Shown: positions 61,635 to 64,000 of the stretch, piece by piece
Numbering within the stretch: position 1 is the stretch's first letter
Layout: each line of letters begins with the position of its first letter
Source: an uncultured Thermoplasmata archaeon
GTDB taxonomy: Archaea; Thermoplasmatota; Thermoplasmata; RBG-16-68-12
Assembly (NCBI GenBank): GCA_963768855.1
Contig: CAVYJM010000006.1
Span: 480,001 to 544,000, forward strand
Reading direction: 5' to 3'
DNA length: 64,000 nucleotides
Made by a program: the position numbers and the translations under genes
Notes under the pieces: generated by a model
Told to the model about the DNA's origin: nothing
What the model saw: the letters and a program-made list of their open reading frames with translations, nothing else
Database searches by the model: none

Positions 61635-63590
61635 GTGTTCGAGCTGACGGCCCGGGATGGTCTGGCCCGCCAGGGGGTCCTCGAGACGCGCCACGGCCGG
61701 GTCGCGACCCCGGCGCTCCTCCCTGTCGTGAACCCGAACCATCCGATCGTGTCGCCGAAGGACCTCGCCGTCCGCTTCGGCGCCGAGATTCTGATCACGA
61801 ACGCCTACATCCTGGGAAAGGGCGCCCTGCGGGAGCCTGTCCTCCGCCAGGGCGTGCACGGATTGCTCGACTTCCCCCGCGTCATCATGACGGACTCCGG
61901 GGCCTTCCAGTCCCACGTCTACGGGGACGTCGAGGTCACGAACCCCGAGGTCATCGGGTTCCAGCGGGCCATCGGCTCCGACCTGGGGACGATGCTCGAC
62001 CCGTTCTCCGAACCGGAGCATCCGCTCGCCCGCGCCCAGGCCGACGTCGACGAGACGATCGCCCGGGCGAAGGAGGCCGTCGCCCTGCGCGGGGAGATGG
62101 ATCTCGTCGGCGCGGTCCAGGGAGGCCTCCACGAGCCGTTGCGGGAGCGCTGCGCACGCGAGGTCTCCTCGCTGGACATCGCGGTGGCCGCAATCGGCGG
62201 CGTGGTCCCCCTCATGGAATCGTACCGCTTCCGGGACCTGGTCCGCGTGATCCTCGCCTCGAAGAAAGGGCTCGACCCCTCGAAGCCCGTGCACCTGTTC
62301 GGCGCGGGACACCCCCTCGTGTTCCCCCTCGCAGCCCTCCTGGGATGCGACCTGTTCGATTCTGCGGCCTACGCGAAGTACGCCCGGGACGGACGCATGC
62401 TGTTCGCGGACGGCACGCGGCACGCTTCGGAGGTCCGGGAGAGCGGCTGCGCGTGTCCAGTCTGCGCAGCGCACCCCATGGCCGAGATCGCGAAGGACGA
62501 GGTCCTCCTCGCGGAGCACAACCTGCACGTCTCCTTCGCCGCGGTCCGCGAGGTCCGCCGGGCCATCGGCGCAGGGGAGATCTGGGAACTCGCGGAACGG
62601 CGGGCCCGCGCGCACCCCGCCCTCCTCGACGCGATGCGGGAGCTGCGCCGCCACAACGACTTCCTCGAGGAGTCCGAGCCGCTGTCCAGGCCTGGCGCAA
62701 TGTACTACGTGGGCCCGGAGACCGCGCACCGCCCGGTCCTGCACCGGTACCGGCGCCGACTCGAGGAACGCTATGCGACGCCGCCGGCGCGAGGTCTCCT
62801 CGTGCTTCCGGAAGGGCCCCGACCCTATGGGGAGCGGTACCGCGGCATCGTCGAGCGGGCCCTCTCCGCCGCGGATGTTCATCCCGTGGTCAAGTCCGTC
62901 TGGGGGCCCGTGCCGATCGAGCTGGACGCCGTCTGGCCTCTGTCCCAGTCGATCATTCCCGACACCCTGGATCCCGAAGCCCTGGAGGCCGCGGAGGTGT
63001 TCTTCCGCCAGTGGGCCGCGGGAGCCGGATACGGTTTCGGCGTGCTGTGGGAAGGGGACGCAACCCTCGGGGAGCTCCGCGCCCGAGCGCCCGGTCCTCG
63101 GTCCGTCGAGTGGAACCTGCTGCGTGTGCGAGCGACGGCCGATTTCCAGTTCGGGCGGGGCGCCGCCGAGACCCTCCTCCGCGGTCCGCTTTCGTTCGTG
63201 GTTTCGAAGAACACGGGCAAGGTCCGCAACGTGTTGGCCGACGGCCAGCACATCCTGTCCCTGCGCGCGGAGGACGGCTTGTTCACGCTGAAGGCCGCGG
63301 GCGCGGTGCGGCTCCACGCCGCTTTCCCGTCCCCGCGCCTCCGGGTCGTCGCCCACCCGGACGCAATCCCTTTCCTCCGAGACGGGAAGAACCTGTTCGC
63401 GAAGTTCGTAAAGGAGGCCGACCCGGGGATCCGGCCCGGCGACGAGGTCCTCGTCGTGTCCCCCGAGGACGAGCTGGGCGCGGTCGCGCGTGCGGCGATG
63501 AACCGCCGCGAGATGCTCGCCTTCAAGCGCGGCGTCGCCGCCTTCGTCCGCGAGGGCGTGCCGCCTCCGCCGTCCGCTCCGCCACGCTGA
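61635..63590 (+). CDS. tgtA: Archaeosine tRNA-guanine(15) transglycosylase with C-terminal PUA domain
   Basis: DGLARQG, TPALLPVVNP, MTDSGAFQ, IGGVVPLMESY, HLFGAGHP, DLFDSA.Y, CACPVC, PUA (NLFAKFV..AD..IRPGDEV). Confidence 0.96.
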   Translation: MFELTARDGLARQGVLETRHGRVATPALLPVVNPNHPIVSPKDLAVRFGAEILITNAYILGKGALREPVLRQGVHGLLDFPRVIMTDSGAFQSHVYGDVEVTNPEVIGFQRAIGSDLGTMLDPFSEPEHPLARAQADVDETIARAKEAVALRGEMDLVGAVQGGLHEPLRERCAREVSSLDIAVAAIGGVVPLMESYRFRDLVRVILASKKGLDPSKPVHLFGAGHPLVFPLAALLGCDLFDSAAYAKYARDGRMLFADGTRHASEVRESGCACPVCAAHPMAEIAKDEVLLAEHNLHVSFAAVREVRRAIGAGEIWELAERRARAHPALLDAMRELRRHNDFLEESEPLSRPGAMYYVGPETAHRPVLHRYRRRLEERYATPPARGLLVLPEGPRPYGERYRGIVERALSAADVHPVVKSVWGPVPIELDAVWPLSQSIIPDTLDPEALEAAEVFFRQWAAGAGYGFGVLWEGDATLGELRARAPGPRSVEWNLLRVRATADFQFGRGAAETLLRGPLSFVVSKNTGKVRNVLADGQHILSLRAEDGLFTLKAAGAVRLHAAFPSPRLRVVAHPDAIPFLRDGKNLFAKFVKEADPGIRPGDEVLVVSPEDELGAVARAAMNRREMLAFKRGVAAFVREGVPPPPSAPPR

Positions 63591-63780
63591 CGCATGCGAG
63601 GTAGTCGTCGAGCGTGTGGAGGAGGGACATCGGGGCGTCCGCCGTCGCCGTCGCGAAGATTGTCGTCCCCTTGCGGCGCGTCCGGATGTACCCCTGGTCG
63701 TCCAGGGAGACGGACTCGGCGACGGCCTTTGCGAGGGCGGCGTCCGGGTAGGTCAGCGTGACCGTCGCGCGGGACTTCAT
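63523..63780 (-). CDS. pcc1: KEOPS complex subunit Pcc1
   Basis: 85 aa; A.AVAES...DD; A.ATAD...SL.HTLDDYL..V..A pattern. Confidence 0.8.
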   Translation of the reverse strand: MKSRATVTLTYPDAALAKAVAESVSLDDQGYIRTRRKGTTIFATATADAPMSLLHTLDDYLACVSVAERTAEAARPRGRRRRRRA

Positions 63781-63784
63781 GGGA

Positions 63785-63857
63785 TAGCCCCGGGCAGATT
63801 CGAACTGCCGTCGCGGGTTCCAAAGACCCGAATGCTTGACCACTACACCACGGGGCT
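63785..63857 (-). tRNA. tRNA-Gln(TTG)
   Basis: 73-nt cloverleaf: AGCCCCG/CGGGGCT acceptor, CGGGT-CTTTGGA-ACCCG anticodon arm, GGCAG-TTCGAAT-CTGCC T arm. Confidence 0.97.
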
Positions 63858-63998
63858 GCGGGCGTGCATTTCCTCGGGCGTATAAAGCCCATCCGTCACG
63901 ACGTGCCCGAAGAGGTCCGTCGCGCGCGCAGCATCGATCCGCACCCGGACGAATTCGCCCAGGGGCGCGTCCTCGTGAATCACGACCTGCCGGTAGTC
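63843..63998 (-). CDS. C-terminal TRAM domain of a probable MtaB/MiaB-like methylthiotransferase (partial; gene begins outside the window)
   Basis: DYRQVVI.....LGEFVRVRI..A....LFGHV is a typical TRAM ending; only 51 aa are visible. Confidence 0.65.
   Translation of the reverse strand, partial: DYRQVVIHEDAPLGEFVRVRIDAARATDLFGHVVTDGLYTPEEMHARSPVV
63881..63890 (-). promoter_or_regulatory. tRNA-Gln TATA box
   Basis: GGGCTTTATA on the minus strand, 24 nt upstream of the tRNA 5' end. Confidence 0.75.
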
Positions 63999-64000
63999 CG

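Overview
A GC-rich (about 68% by eye) archaeal chromosomal segment, most consistent with an uncultured Thermoplasmata-class lineage (RpoA'' N-terminal extension, DUF6015-like protein, GxPGTMKS KaiC-like ATPase, BRE/TATA promoters). Most of the window is housekeeping: the 3' end of the RNAP operon (rpoA', rpoA'', L30e, nusA), rsmA, hutI, mvk, cdc48, hsp20, rpoK, aMBF1, PAN, pyrH, aRF1, argS, pcm, cysS-like, S6e, aIF2-gamma, pelota, pth2, tgtA, pcc1, tRNA-Ala(CGC) and tRNA-Gln(TTG). I found no CRISPR array, rRNA or intact transposase. Five items stand out. (1) A 262-bp unit at 10032-10313 in which an 85-aa protein resembling the SSV1 integrase N-terminal domain starts in one 20-22 bp palindrome and stops in a second, directly repeated copy. 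(2) A giant gene of about 2,250 codons (20550-27300), interrupted by three single-base frameshifts. It joins a cytoplasmic KaiC-like pseudo-ATPase, TPR, zinc ribbon and RTNGLTNG repeats, through a TM helix, to a large repeated extracellular region ending in PEF-CTERM. (3) A CysRS-like protein of MshC-like size that lacks the anticodon-binding domain. (4) Two structured intergenic regions that may be ncRNAs. (5) A KaiC-ATPase / multi-PAS histidine kinase / REC-DUF835-wHTH signalling cluster. All family calls are from motif recognition and recall; no database searches were run.
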